Below are positions 42,054-52,219 of a stretch of DNA of 64,000 nucleotides, one piece after another. The stretch comes from Candidatus Latescibacterota bacterium (GTDB taxonomy: Bacteria > Latescibacterota > UBA2968), in contig OZ242010.1 in NCBI GenBank assembly GCA_965204745.1, positions 5,376,001 to 5,440,000 of the forward strand, read 5' to 3'. Within the stretch, counting starts at the first letter, position 1; the number at the start of each line of letters is the position of its first letter. The position numbers were made by a program, and so were the translations under genes. The notes below the pieces were generated by a model that saw nothing but the letters and a program-made list of their open reading frames with translations, was not told where the DNA came from and did no database searches.

Positions 42054-43568
42054 ATGATCTTTCAATACATCCGACTTATGCTGATCGCCTGCATCTTTTT
42101 GTCGTGCGCCGCACAGACGCCTACGACAAAAATCGATACAAAAATTTATGTGGTACAACCGGGGGATTCGCTGACGAAAATCGCCGATCAGTTTTCCATG
42201 AGCGTGATCGAACTCAAGCAACTCAATGGCCTTACGTCGAATCGCATTCACCCCGGCCAACGCCTCCGAGTGCGCGCTTCTTCTACGCAACGACCACAGG
42301 CGCGCCCACCTTCTGCCCAGATAAAAAATATAGAATACGTGGTGCAACCGGGGGATTCGCTGACGAAAATCGCCGATCAGTTTGACATGCACGTTGACGA
42401 ACTCAAGCGACTCAATGGCCTTACGTCGAATCTCATTCGCCCCGGCCAACGCCTCCGCGTGCGCGACCTGTCTCCTGGCCGCTCATCTTCTGGGCGAGAA
42501 AATCGCGTTCAACCTTCTTTTGGCGAAATGGAATATGTGGTAAAACCGGGGGATTCGCTTTCTAAAATCGCCACGCGGTTTGCCATTGATTTGGCGGCAC
42601 TCAAACGCGCCAATGGCCTCAGATCGGATCGCATTTATGTGGGGCAAAAGTTAAAGATCCGGACGCAGGCAAAAGAAATCGCGGCGCCCAATGGCCCGTA
42701 TTATTTTTTTCAGCCCAAAGCGACCGTGCAACGAAGCCGGAATTATCGGGAAGAACCGAAAACAAAGCCGATTGAAGATTATCGAAATGCCCACAATTTG
42801 CTACGCGGTTTCAATGCGGGGATCGATTTGCAAATGCGCCGAGAGGGGCGTAAATCACAGCCGTTAAAAGGATGGCGCGTTGTGCTTGACCCGGGGCACG
42901 GAGGGCGCGATCCGGGCGCGATTGTTTCCAATGAAGATGGCAACAACAACCCGGTATATGTGGTTGAGGACGAATATGTGTACGATATTGGATTGCGGCT
43001 GTACCAAAAGCTGAGACTCGCCGGTGCCGCGGTGGAAATGACGGTGGTCAGTCCGAATCATCTCATTCGAGACAATGATCCTGCCGCGAAGACGTTCGTA
43101 CACGAGCAAAATGAGGTCTATAACGATGAAGCCTACAATAGACGGAACAGTTTTTCAGTGCGCCCGGGGCTTAGCAACATCACGCAACGGGTCAAAATAG
43201 CCAACCGGTTTTTCCAGGGCGCAAGACCGGGACAGACCCTGTTTTTATCGCTCCATGCAGACAACAGCCCCGGTCGCCTCAAAGGGCCTATGGTTATTTA
43301 TTGGGGGCGGCAGGGCAGAATCGATTCGCGGTCTCGAGCTTTTGCACGGGTTCTACAAAAAGCACTCGAGCGGTCGGGTGTACGCTCGCAAATTGGGGCG
43401 CGCAATCTGGCGGTGTTGCGGAACAATTCGGCGCACGCAGAAGTTCTGGTGGAAGTACGCAATGTACACGACACCGGCGAAGCCTATGCCTTGCGCTTCC
43501 ACGACAAGCGCGAGGAGGATGTAGATCGCATTTTCCAGGGGATACTCAATTACGCAAAGCAACGGTAA
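42054..43568 (+). CDS. LysM x3 plus N-acetylmuramoyl-L-alanine amidase (Amidase_3) lipoprotein
   Basis: Lipobox FLSC; three YVV.PGDSL.KIA LysM repeats; LDPGHGGRDPGA, SLHAD and VLVE motifs. Confidence 0.92.
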   Translation: MIFQYIRLMLIACIFLSCAAQTPTTKIDTKIYVVQPGDSLTKIADQFSMSVIELKQLNGLTSNRIHPGQRLRVRASSTQRPQARPPSAQIKNIEYVVQPGDSLTKIADQFDMHVDELKRLNGLTSNLIRPGQRLRVRDLSPGRSSSGRENRVQPSFGEMEYVVKPGDSLSKIATRFAIDLAALKRANGLRSDRIYVGQKLKIRTQAKEIAAPNGPYYFFQPKATVQRSRNYREEPKTKPIEDYRNAHNLLRGFNAGIDLQMRREGRKSQPLKGWRVVLDPGHGGRDPGAIVSNEDGNNNPVYVVEDEYVYDIGLRLYQKLRLAGAAVEMTVVSPNHLIRDNDPAAKTFVHEQNEVYNDEAYNRRNSFSVRPGLSNITQRVKIANRFFQGARPGQTLFLSLHADNSPGRLKGPMVIYWGRQGRIDSRSRAFARVLQKALERSGVRSQIGARNLAVLRNNSAHAEVLVEVRNVHDTGEAYALRFHDKREEDVDRIFQGILNYAKQR

Positions 43569-43807
43569 GGTGAGACGGGAGAGGTAAGAGGTAAGATGGG
43601 ATTTTAGCCATGAGCGGGGTACAACTGGCGATAGATAGTTCAAAGGCACAAAGCATATAGGGGTGCGGCTACTGGATTAAAATGTGCGAAAAAAAATAAT
43701 AGCCCGAGTTCCTTGCGAACCCGGGCTTGTGCTTTATGTCGCGTCTAAAAAAAAAATAGAGAAGTATGTCTCCCGTGTAGGCTATGTCTGTGCGGGTAGG
43801 GGACGGG

Positions 43808-45385
43808 TTACATCCCCCACACCTCGATCTCCACTCCGCTGTCCAATGCTCGGCGATCTCGAAATATCTTGTCCCGCCAACGCCGATCCTCGCGGCGGTC
43901 AAAGATCACCAAGTGCCCCGCCTCTGCATCGCAGCGATCCATGTACTCGAAGGTCTGTTCCAGGCCCTCAGCGATGGTCCGTTCCAAAGTCTTGCGGAGC
44001 ACTTTGCACTCGATGACGAATTTGCGCTCTCGCTCGGCCTGGGGCCAGACGATGAGCAAATCAGTACGCAGACGGCCCAAGCCATACTCGCGCTCGATGC
44101 GCCCGCCGCTGTTCATGATCCTTTGCAAAAACGCCTGCAACAGCAACTGGGGGCCGGCCTCTTGATACGCGAATCGCTTGACCCAATGCTCGGAGTGTTC
44201 GCGGAAGAAGGTTTGGAACGCGGTCAGCAATTTGACCACATCCAAACTGCCATCAGCGTTGACGTACCAGACCGTTTCCTGATTGAACTCCTCTTGTACC
44301 ACCCATGTCAATTCGCGGGGAACGACTTCTGCGTAGATCGGGTTGGCGATGCGGATCGGACGATCTCGCGTCACGAGCCCGAGATCCTGTACATACTCCA
44401 AATCGCGATCCGTAAAATGGCGTTCCTCGCCACCGCTCAACAGCGGTTCAACCACGCGTTGCACCCGCTTCTCTTTGAGTTTATCGGTCAACTGGTCGAG
44501 ATGTGTTTCGCGGCGCAAGATGAGTTGTTCTTGCGCTCCGCGGATGTCGTCCTCGGTGATCGGATCGATCCGCGCCTCTGTGGCTTCATCCTTGAAGCAG
44601 GTCTCGTAAGCCAGCGCGTTGACCAGCCATGGTTGCCCCTGTGTTTGTGTCCAGATCAATTCCATCGCCTCGGGCGTGAATACCTGACCCGTCTCCTCGG
44701 TGTGTTGCACGAGCAAGGCCCGCACCTCGTCTTGCGAAAAATCGCCCAAGCGCAACGATTGCGCCTTGATGTTAAATGCACTGCCCCCGGTAATGACCGC
44801 ATTTTCTGTGGTGGATTGGATGCGATAATCGCGCACGTCGCGCACCCCGCATAAGACGACGCTCTGCGGAAACCCCTTTGGGCGTAGGTCATAGCCGGCG
44901 CGCAACTGCCGCAACACCGCCAGCAACGAGTCGCCGATCAGCGAATCGATCTCGTCGATGAGCAACACCAAGGGCTTCGGATCAGCTTTTGCCCAGCGTG
45001 TCAATGTTGCATACAGCGCAGCACCCGGCCCGGTTTCGGCGAGAATGCCGGGCCAAACCTCGTGCAAAAATTCGTCGTCTAATATCAAACTGGCCCGAAT
45101 TGCCAATGTCGCCAGAATGGTGCGCGTCACTTGTTCCACATCTTCGCGCATCGCCTGTCCGCTTTCGACATTGACGTACACGCAGCGGTAGCCATCCTCT
45201 TGGTTGAGCAAATCGCACAGGGCCAGTAGCGCAGACGTCTTGCCCGTTTGCCGGGGGGCGTGCAATACAAAATAGCGTTTGTCCCGGATGATTCGGCGCA
45301 CCTCGGCGAGATTTAGCCGTTCCAAGGGCGGGATGCAGTAGTGGTCTTCAGCCACGACCGGGCCGGTGGTGTTGAAGAAGCGCAT
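43808..45385 (-). CDS. AAA-like ATPase with C-terminal PD-(D/E)XK-type nuclease domain
   Basis: FFNTTGP, Walker A APRQTGKT, Walker B LIDEID; C-terminal RE...GR.DL....IECK...Q...Y. Confidence 0.85.
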   Translation of the reverse strand: MRFFNTTGPVVAEDHYCIPPLERLNLAEVRRIIRDKRYFVLHAPRQTGKTSALLALCDLLNQEDGYRCVYVNVESGQAMREDVEQVTRTILATLAIRASLILDDEFLHEVWPGILAETGPGAALYATLTRWAKADPKPLVLLIDEIDSLIGDSLLAVLRQLRAGYDLRPKGFPQSVVLCGVRDVRDYRIQSTTENAVITGGSAFNIKAQSLRLGDFSQDEVRALLVQHTEETGQVFTPEAMELIWTQTQGQPWLVNALAYETCFKDEATEARIDPITEDDIRGAQEQLILRRETHLDQLTDKLKEKRVQRVVEPLLSGGEERHFTDRDLEYVQDLGLVTRDRPIRIANPIYAEVVPRELTWVVQEEFNQETVWYVNADGSLDVVKLLTAFQTFFREHSEHWVKRFAYQEAGPQLLLQAFLQRIMNSGGRIEREYGLGRLRTDLLIVWPQAERERKFVIECKVLRKTLERTIAEGLEQTFEYMDRCDAEAGHLVIFDRREDRRWRDKIFRDRRALDSGVEIEVWGM

Positions 45386-45398
45386 GGCGAGCGTCTCC

Positions 45399-46517
45399 TC
45401 ATTTTAGATTCTCGGGATTGAGTCCCTGCAGGTCTTCGGCGATGAAACGGCCGTCTTTGCGAATGCACGCGTCGTCGAAGTGGATTTCCCCGCCGCCGTA
45501 TTCCGGGGTTTGGATGAAGACCATATCCCAATGTACGGAGGATCGGTTGCCGTTGTCCGCGTCGTCTTGATAGGCGTTGCCGGGCGTGAAGTGGAATGAT
45601 CCCGCTATTTTTTCGTCGAAGAGAATGTCGAGCATGGGCGAGGTGATATAGGGGTTGAAGCCAATGGCAAATTCCCCGATGTAGCGCGCGCCTTCATCCG
45701 TGTTGAGAATCGCGTTGAGTTTGGCGGTGTCGCTCGCGGTCGCGTCTGTGATTTTGCCATCCCGAAAGGTCAACCGAATATCCGAAAACGGCGTGCCGTG
45801 ATAAATGGTGGGCACGTTGAACCGGATATGCCCATTGACAGAGGTTTTGACCGGGGCCGTGAAACACTCGCCGTCGGGAATGTTGCGCGAGCCAGTGCAG
45901 GTTCGCACCCCGATATCTTTGATGCTAAACGACAAGTCCGTATCTACCCCCATGATATGCACGCGGTCCGTTTGTTCCATGCGCTTTTTTAAGGGCGCGA
46001 CGGCCTGGGCCATTTTGCCGTAGTCGAGCGTACACACGTCAAAATAAAAATCCTCAAAGGCTTCGGTGCTTTGCCGCGCCTGTTGCGCCATCGAAGGCGT
46101 GGGCCATCGCAACACCACCCATTTGGTTTTCGGCACGCGGATGGCAAAATGCACTGGGTTGAGCCAGTGCTTTTCGTACACATCCATTGCCGCGCTGGAG
46201 ACATCCGAGAGTTCTGCGATGTTGCGACTGCCGCGCAACCCAATATAGACATGGGCGCGTTGCATGCGGTGGGCTTCATACGCGCCTATTTTTCGCATGG
46301 TGGTGACATCGCCTGCGCGGATGAGTTCGCGTTGGATGCGGGTGTTCTTGATGGACACCTGCGGGATGCCGCCCACATCGCGCACTTTGCGAATCAGCGC
46401 GATGAGCATATCTTCGGGCATGTCGTAGCCTTCGATGAGCACGGTTTCACCCGGTTGCACCTGCGTGGAATGATGAATCAAGACGTCGGCGAGTTTTTCC
46501 AATCGGGGGTCTTGCAT
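45399..46517 (-). CDS. M29 family aminopeptidase (AmpS/PepS-like)
   Basis: NIPDGECFTAP, GEFAIG, LFDEK and SSVHWD motifs. Confidence 0.92.
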   Translation of the reverse strand: MQDPRLEKLADVLIHHSTQVQPGETVLIEGYDMPEDMLIALIRKVRDVGGIPQVSIKNTRIQRELIRAGDVTTMRKIGAYEAHRMQRAHVYIGLRGSRNIAELSDVSSAAMDVYEKHWLNPVHFAIRVPKTKWVVLRWPTPSMAQQARQSTEAFEDFYFDVCTLDYGKMAQAVAPLKKRMEQTDRVHIMGVDTDLSFSIKDIGVRTCTGSRNIPDGECFTAPVKTSVNGHIRFNVPTIYHGTPFSDIRLTFRDGKITDATASDTAKLNAILNTDEGARYIGEFAIGFNPYITSPMLDILFDEKIAGSFHFTPGNAYQDDADNGNRSSVHWDMVFIQTPEYGGGEIHFDDACIRKDGRFIAEDLQGLNPENLK

Positions 46518-46952
46518 GGGGTCTCCTTTGCGACTATTGTTGGCGGTTAAAAAAAATAACACATGATAGACTTGCAAGCCATTCTTTTGTCACCCCACCT
46601 CCGGCCCCTCCCCGAGACGGAGAGAGGAGAAGTGATTCCCCATTCCTCTTATACTAAATTGATTTTCTGTTGACCTCATGCGATATGCTACCAGTCTGTG
46701 ATCCCCTTGATGTAGGGAAATTTTGTGGTTATTGACGCGCATAATCACGTTTGTTATCGCGATTTGAATTGGGCATGGACACGGTATTTGCCGCCGAGTG
46801 AGCATATCGCACGCAACTATCGCGTGGTTAATCCGGCCGATGCGTTGCGCTTGGTCCCTTTGGAAAGTCCGTGACATCGGGCAGTGTCACGGTTATTTTT
46901 AGATAGACTTTGACAGCCGTTCACATCAACCCCAAAACGAAAGGAGATCGCG

Positions 46953-47222
46953 ATGAGTGCAGAATTGATTGGCATTTTGACGGTGGGCGTTGCGATCATC
47001 GCCGTCGTTGCGGTGTTGTTTCAACGCCTTGACAGTCGCATTGACCTTTTGGAATCGCGGCTTGAAAAGCGTCTCGACCGGTTGGAAACGGGCATGGTGG
47101 ATATACGCGAACGGCTGGTGCGCGGTGAAACCAAAGTCGATAGCCTCGAGCGATGGGCATTCCAGGGCATGCCCGAACCCCTGACTATACCACCCGCATC
47201 GCAGGCGGCGAAATCCTCTTAA
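46953..47222 (+). CDS. Small membrane-anchored coiled-coil protein
   Basis: SD AAAGGAG; N-terminal TM helix followed by RLD.RID.LE heptads. Confidence 0.75.
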   Translation: MSAELIGILTVGVAIIAVVAVLFQRLDSRIDLLESRLEKRLDRLETGMVDIRERLVRGETKVDSLERWAFQGMPEPLTIPPASQAAKSS

Positions 47223-47257
47223 AAAATATCCGGTCTGATCGATGAGGAGGTCATGAA

Positions 47258-48037
47258 ATGGCACTGTCCGACCACATGCACTGGTCGTTTCAATACGACG
47301 GGAGAAGCCAGAGGCCGCATTTTTGCAACCAGTTGATGGGTGTTTTGCGTCGGGCGGAGCGAGCGCGGGGTGGCGATAGGTACGCGATTTTGCCGAATTA
47401 CTGGAAGGGGTACAACCGCGCAACCGCGATGGCGAATGGGGTCGATCTGGCAATCGGCGAGGTCGCGATCAACAGAAGGCGCGAGGTGTCGGGGAACTGG
47501 CGTTACGACGTTCGGGTTTTGAATGCGACGAGTGGTGAAAATTTGCACTTTGACTTTTGTTGCGCGGACGATGACGTTCGCACCTTGTCGGACACCTGGC
47601 GCGTGCGGGCGATCAATGGCGCGGGGGACGGCTATCGCACGTTCACCTGCGAGGGGCACATGACGGATCGACGAGAGGTCGCGCTCGTGGTCAATGGCGT
47701 CACATTGCCCGTCGGGCGTTTTGAGCTGTCGCAAGCCGTGACGTGTAACTGGGCGTTGTTCGACGCAATCCCCCATCTGGCCCATCGCCTAAAAGCGTTA
47801 GGCGAGCGGGTATCTCTGGGGATTTTAGAAGATTTGGAAAAAGTGCGCGCGCCCGCATCTATCGGCTTTTTGGAAGACTGGGTTATGCCACTTGACGACA
47901 GCGCGTTGGAACTCTCTGGTTTTTTCGTCTATGGCGCGGGCATGTTGCCATCGTATTGGTGGGTTGATCAGCAGGAGCGAGTGGTGATCGCCTCCACGAC
48001 ATTCCAAACCTTTGTGCTAGAAGGAGGCGCGGCATGA
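47258..48037 (+). CDS. Hypothetical protein coupled to the sulfatase
   Basis: 259-aa ORF; GAGGAG upstream; ATGA overlap with the sulfatase start. Confidence 0.7.
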   Translation: MALSDHMHWSFQYDGRSQRPHFCNQLMGVLRRAERARGGDRYAILPNYWKGYNRATAMANGVDLAIGEVAINRRREVSGNWRYDVRVLNATSGENLHFDFCCADDDVRTLSDTWRVRAINGAGDGYRTFTCEGHMTDRREVALVVNGVTLPVGRFELSQAVTCNWALFDAIPHLAHRLKALGERVSLGILEDLEKVRAPASIGFLEDWVMPLDDSALELSGFFVYGAGMLPSYWWVDQQERVVIASTTFQTFVLEGGAA

Positions 48038-49488
48038 GCGACCGCCCGAATATCCTGTTTATCAACACGGACCAACACACGTGGAATGCGATATCGGCGT
48101 ATGGCAACGCGCATGTGCAAACGCCCAATATCGACCGCCTGCACGCCAATGGCATTTCGTTTATGCGCTCTTATTGCAGCGACCCGGTCTGCGCGCCTGC
48201 GCGGGCGAGTTGGATGACGGGCCGTTTTACGTCGGAAGCGGGCACGCCGTTCAACGGGGGCTATTTGCACGACGATTTGCCGGATTTGGGACGAATTTTG
48301 AAAGCCGGCGGGTATCGGGCGATTCACTGCGGCAAATGGCATGTGGATGGTCGAGATGTACACAGCAGTTTTGACGTGCTGTATTTCGGTCAACGCCCCA
48401 TTGGCGCGGGCGGCGGCGAATATTACGATGCGGCGATGACGCACGCCGTGGTGGATTTTTTGACCGGTTGCAAAGATGCCGGCCCGTTTTACCTGCAAGT
48501 CGGGTACGTCAATCCCCACGACATTTGCGAGTATGGGCACAATTTTGAAACCAAAGAGATGCCCGACGCCATCCGCAGGGGGATGCTCAATGAAGCGGAG
48601 TTGCCGCCCCTGCCCGAGAATTTTGAGTACGATGAACGCGAGACGGTTTTGCACCGGGTGTGCAGGCGCGTGGATGAGTGCTTGATCCACTGGCCCATTT
48701 TGCGCGCGACGAGAACGTGGGCCGAGCACCAATGGCGAACCTTTATTTGGCATCACCACCGGTTTGTGGAAAAGGTGGATGGCGAGATCGGCTTGATTTT
48801 GGCAGCGCTCGAACAAAGTGGGCACGCCGATGATACGCTGATCATTTTCAGTGTGGACCACGGCGAAGCCTTTGGGCAACACCAGATGTTCCAAAAATTT
48901 TCCCTGTACGAAGCGAGTATCCGCGTGCCGTTTATCGTAGCCACGCTCGGGCGCGGGTTGGATGTTCCAAAGGGGGTGTTCGATCAAACGCATTTTGTGT
49001 CCGGGGTCGATCTGTTGCCCACGGTTTGCGACTATGCCGGGATCGATCCGCCCGTGCATGTGCGGGGGATGAGCACGCGCCCCCTCGTTGAAGGCCGAGA
49101 GGTGGCGTGGCGCGATTTTGCCTTTGTCGAGAGCAATTACTGGGGCCGCGCCCTGATTTTTGATCGGCATAAATACGTTTGTGAGTATATTCCCCAGGGA
49201 AATGAAAACGACCTGTTGCCGCCTGGCCCGGATCCCTATCGCATCGGCCTTGAGCAACTGTTCGATTTGCAGGCAGACCCGGCCGAGACGCGCAATCTCG
49301 CTTATGAGGCGGGCAACCGCGCACTGCTGATGCACTGTCGCCAAACCATGCTGAATTTTGAATCCGGATTGGAACGGCGGCGCATTACCCATGCGCGGCC
49401 CGCGCAGCGAATCGGCGAATGGGCACAGCGGCTTCGGGCGCACTGGGATGCACATCCCGAGTTGAACGCGATGCGGATTCGGGGGTGA
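48034..49488 (+). CDS. Cys-type sulfatase
   Basis: PNILFI.TDQ, CAPAR (CxPxR), GKWH, DHGE and LFDL..DP.E..NL motifs. Confidence 0.93.
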   Translation: MSDRPNILFINTDQHTWNAISAYGNAHVQTPNIDRLHANGISFMRSYCSDPVCAPARASWMTGRFTSEAGTPFNGGYLHDDLPDLGRILKAGGYRAIHCGKWHVDGRDVHSSFDVLYFGQRPIGAGGGEYYDAAMTHAVVDFLTGCKDAGPFYLQVGYVNPHDICEYGHNFETKEMPDAIRRGMLNEAELPPLPENFEYDERETVLHRVCRRVDECLIHWPILRATRTWAEHQWRTFIWHHHRFVEKVDGEIGLILAALEQSGHADDTLIIFSVDHGEAFGQHQMFQKFSLYEASIRVPFIVATLGRGLDVPKGVFDQTHFVSGVDLLPTVCDYAGIDPPVHVRGMSTRPLVEGREVAWRDFAFVESNYWGRALIFDRHKYVCEYIPQGNENDLLPPGPDPYRIGLEQLFDLQADPAETRNLAYEAGNRALLMHCRQTMLNFESGLERRRITHARPAQRIGEWAQRLRAHWDAHPELNAMRIRG

Positions 49489-49592
49489 GAGGGAAAACGG
49501 AGCAACCTTATACCAAATTGATTTTATATTTTCCGCATCCTGCTTCACATCAAAAATGAATGAGGAATAGACGGTCCGTAGGGATCATGCGG

Positions 49593-49877
49593 TGCTGATT
49601 TAATGCGTTTGGTCCTACAGCCTCGGTTGTTGCTTTCGATGCCTTCGGCGACCTACTTTTTTTCAACAGCAAAAAAAAGTAGGCGAGCGGGGTACAACTG
49701 CCCCAGCAGTTCAAAAATGCCGCTCTCAAACGCCGAGGGGCTTGCACAGCGCAAAGCGCTTTTGTAATCGCACGACATGCGCCAGCCTGCAAGGTGGGTT
49801 GCCAGATGGATGTTGGTTGCGAAACGGCCTTGCGCGCTGTGCGTGATGGCTTTAGCTGATGGGCTTTTGCGATGGCA
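49593..49877. repeat. Dispersed structured repeat, family C (copy 1, carrying a micro-insert)
   Basis: Co-linear with 60239-60496; hairpin CCTACTTTTTTT-CAACAGC-AAAAAAAAGTAGG. Confidence 0.85.
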
Positions 49878-50001
49878 GGGGTGCCATGGCTTCGCTGAAT
49901 GACTGTGGAACCTCAAGAGGATCATGGACTCGGAGCAGATCGCATCACATCAAGACAACAGCAACTCAATTCGGTATTATTCTTTATGAAAGGACGACGC
50001 A

Positions 50002-51555
50002 ATGGACGCACCAGACTACACGTCACTCGTGCCGCACTACGCGTTTCCAACCGCGCTGGCGAAACAGCGCGAGGCACTTGCGACCAATCCGTTGTTGCAG
50101 CGGATGAAGGACGCGCGGAAGGGATATGCGGGCGATCCGCACAGGCCCATCTATCACTACGTGAATCCCGAACACACGCTCAACGACCCCAATGGGCTTT
50201 GTTTTTGGCAGGGCCGATGGCATTTGTTTTATCAGGCGTATCCCCCCGAAGACCCGCGCCAGCACTGGGGCCATGCGATCAGCGATGATTTGATCCACTG
50301 GGAGGATTTGCCCTACGCGATTTATCCGAATCCGGAGCGATGCTGTTTTTCGGGGGCAACGCTCGTGGAAGAAGACCGCGTGATCGCCATGTACCACGGC
50401 ACAGAAGTCGGCAATATGGTGGCGGTGTCACATGATCCCCTGTTGTTGAACTGGGAGAAAGTGACCGGACGCGCCGTGATACCGATGAAGAATCCGGATG
50501 GCTCTGCGCCGCCCTATCGGGTATTTGATCCGTGTATCTGGAAAAAGGGCGCGTTTTATTATTCGCTTTCCGGTGGCACATTGCCAGGACCGGGCGGCAA
50601 GCGCACGCGGGCAAATTTTTTGCTCCGCTCGCCGGATTTGGCAACTTGGACGTATTTGCATCCGTTTGTGGAAGACGACCGCTTTACGCTGGTGGGCGAC
50701 GATGGCGCGTGTCCCTATTTCTGGCCCATTGGCGACCGCCACATCTTGCTTTTTTATAGCCACATGAGCGGCGGGCAATATCTGCTCGGGGATTACGATA
50801 CCGCCCGCGACAAGTTCGTCGTGACCGCGCATGACAAATGCAATTTCGGCCCCTCCGGCCCCTGCGGGGTCCACGCGCCTTCGGCAACGCCCGACAGCGA
50901 GGGCAATATCATCGCGATTTTCAACATGAACCCGGGAAAGCCGACAAAGAATTGGAATCAGATTATGACGTTGCCCCGCAAGTTGACGCTGGTGGGCGAA
51001 GAGGAGTTGCGGGTCGAGCCGGCAGGAGATGTGGCGTCGCTGAGGCGCGATCACCGTGAGGTGGCGGGGATGACGCTTGCGGCCAATCAGGAGGTGGTGC
51101 TCGACGGTATTCGGGGCAATGCCATGGAGATCGAAGCGGAGATCGATCCCAAAAACGCGCCGATGGTCGAGATGAATGTGTTGCGGTCGCCAAACGCGGA
51201 AGAGGTGACGCGCATCCTGTTTTTCAAGGATCGCGGGTTTAGAAATCGGGCGTTGAACACGCAGAAGAGTTTGATCACCATCGACTCGTCTCGTTCTTCC
51301 ATTTTGCCCGACGTGCGGACGCGCGCGCCCGAGACCGGGTCGGTTTCTATCGCGCCGGATGAGACCCTGAAGTTGCGCGTGTTCGTGGATAAGAGCGTGG
51401 TGGAGGTGTTCGTCAATGGCAAACAATGCGTGGCCTTGCGCGTGTATCCCGGGCGTGAAGATAGCGTTGGCGTTTCCCTGCGGTCACAAGGCCAAGACAG
51501 CGAACTCATTTCGCTCGATGCGTGGCAGATGGAAGATATTTATGCGGGTCAGTAG
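50002..51555 (+). CDS. Glycoside hydrolase family 32 protein
   Basis: LNDPNG, WHLFYQ, HWGHA.S.DL..W, FSG and FDP motifs; C-terminal D.SVVEVF.N. Confidence 0.92.
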   Translation: MDAPDYTSLVPHYAFPTALAKQREALATNPLLQRMKDARKGYAGDPHRPIYHYVNPEHTLNDPNGLCFWQGRWHLFYQAYPPEDPRQHWGHAISDDLIHWEDLPYAIYPNPERCCFSGATLVEEDRVIAMYHGTEVGNMVAVSHDPLLLNWEKVTGRAVIPMKNPDGSAPPYRVFDPCIWKKGAFYYSLSGGTLPGPGGKRTRANFLLRSPDLATWTYLHPFVEDDRFTLVGDDGACPYFWPIGDRHILLFYSHMSGGQYLLGDYDTARDKFVVTAHDKCNFGPSGPCGVHAPSATPDSEGNIIAIFNMNPGKPTKNWNQIMTLPRKLTLVGEEELRVEPAGDVASLRRDHREVAGMTLAANQEVVLDGIRGNAMEIEAEIDPKNAPMVEMNVLRSPNAEEVTRILFFKDRGFRNRALNTQKSLITIDSSRSSILPDVRTRAPETGSVSIAPDETLKLRVFVDKSVVEVFVNGKQCVALRVYPGREDSVGVSLRSQGQDSELISLDAWQMEDIYAGQ

Positions 51556-51659
51556 TCAGTCCCCGCGCCCAACCCCCTTCGGTGAGACGGGAGAGGTGAG
51601 ACGGGAGAGGTGAAGCAACCCCGCCACCGCCCAAGTGGTCAGCGAAATGAGTGGGTAAG

Positions 51660-52207
51660 TGTCTGAATCGCGGATTAAACGGATTACGCGGATGAACGCG
51701 GATTGGGTTGGCAGGTAGGGCGGAGGGTGCAGATGGCATAGACGCCGTAAGTGGGGTAAAGGAAGGACGCGGATTGGGTTGGCAGGTAGGGCGGAGGGTG
51801 CAGATGGCATAGACGCCGTAAGTGGGGTAAAGGAAGGACGCGGATTGGGGAGCGCAGATAGGGCGGAGGGTGCAGATGATACAGACGCCGCAAGTGGGCA
51901 TGGTCTCTGTGTGCCTCGAGGCTTTACAGTTTGGGGGTGGCCTTGGCCTTGCAATCGCCACACAAAGGCGGTCAATCCCAAAGCGATGAGCAAGCGCAAG
52001 TGGGCAGAGGAAGCGGATGAAAAGCGAAAGGCACGGCTTTCAGCCCTCGTCAATCCGGTGGAAGCCGCTTTTGTTTTTTTGTCCAAAGATAAGCGGAGGA
52101 CATAGCGGGTGCGAAGGTCGTAGGTGGTGCGAAGGACGCAGTAGGTGCGGGGTTGGTGCGGGGTAATCCGTGCAATCCCCAAATCCGCGTAATCCGCGAT
52201 TCAGACA
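51660..52207. repeat. Family D palindromic element (TGTCTGAATCGCGGATT...AATCCGCGATTCAGACA) with internal 71-bp tandem repeat
   Basis: 17-bp perfect inverted ends; 71-bp units at 51696, 51767 and 51838. Confidence 0.88.
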
Positions 52208-52219
52208 AATGGACCATCC

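Noticed and set aside
51506-52182. ORFs over repeat regions (also 9248-9725, 31329-31905, 56549-57415, 60075-60780)
   Set aside because: They are translations of non-coding repeats or of the tRNA
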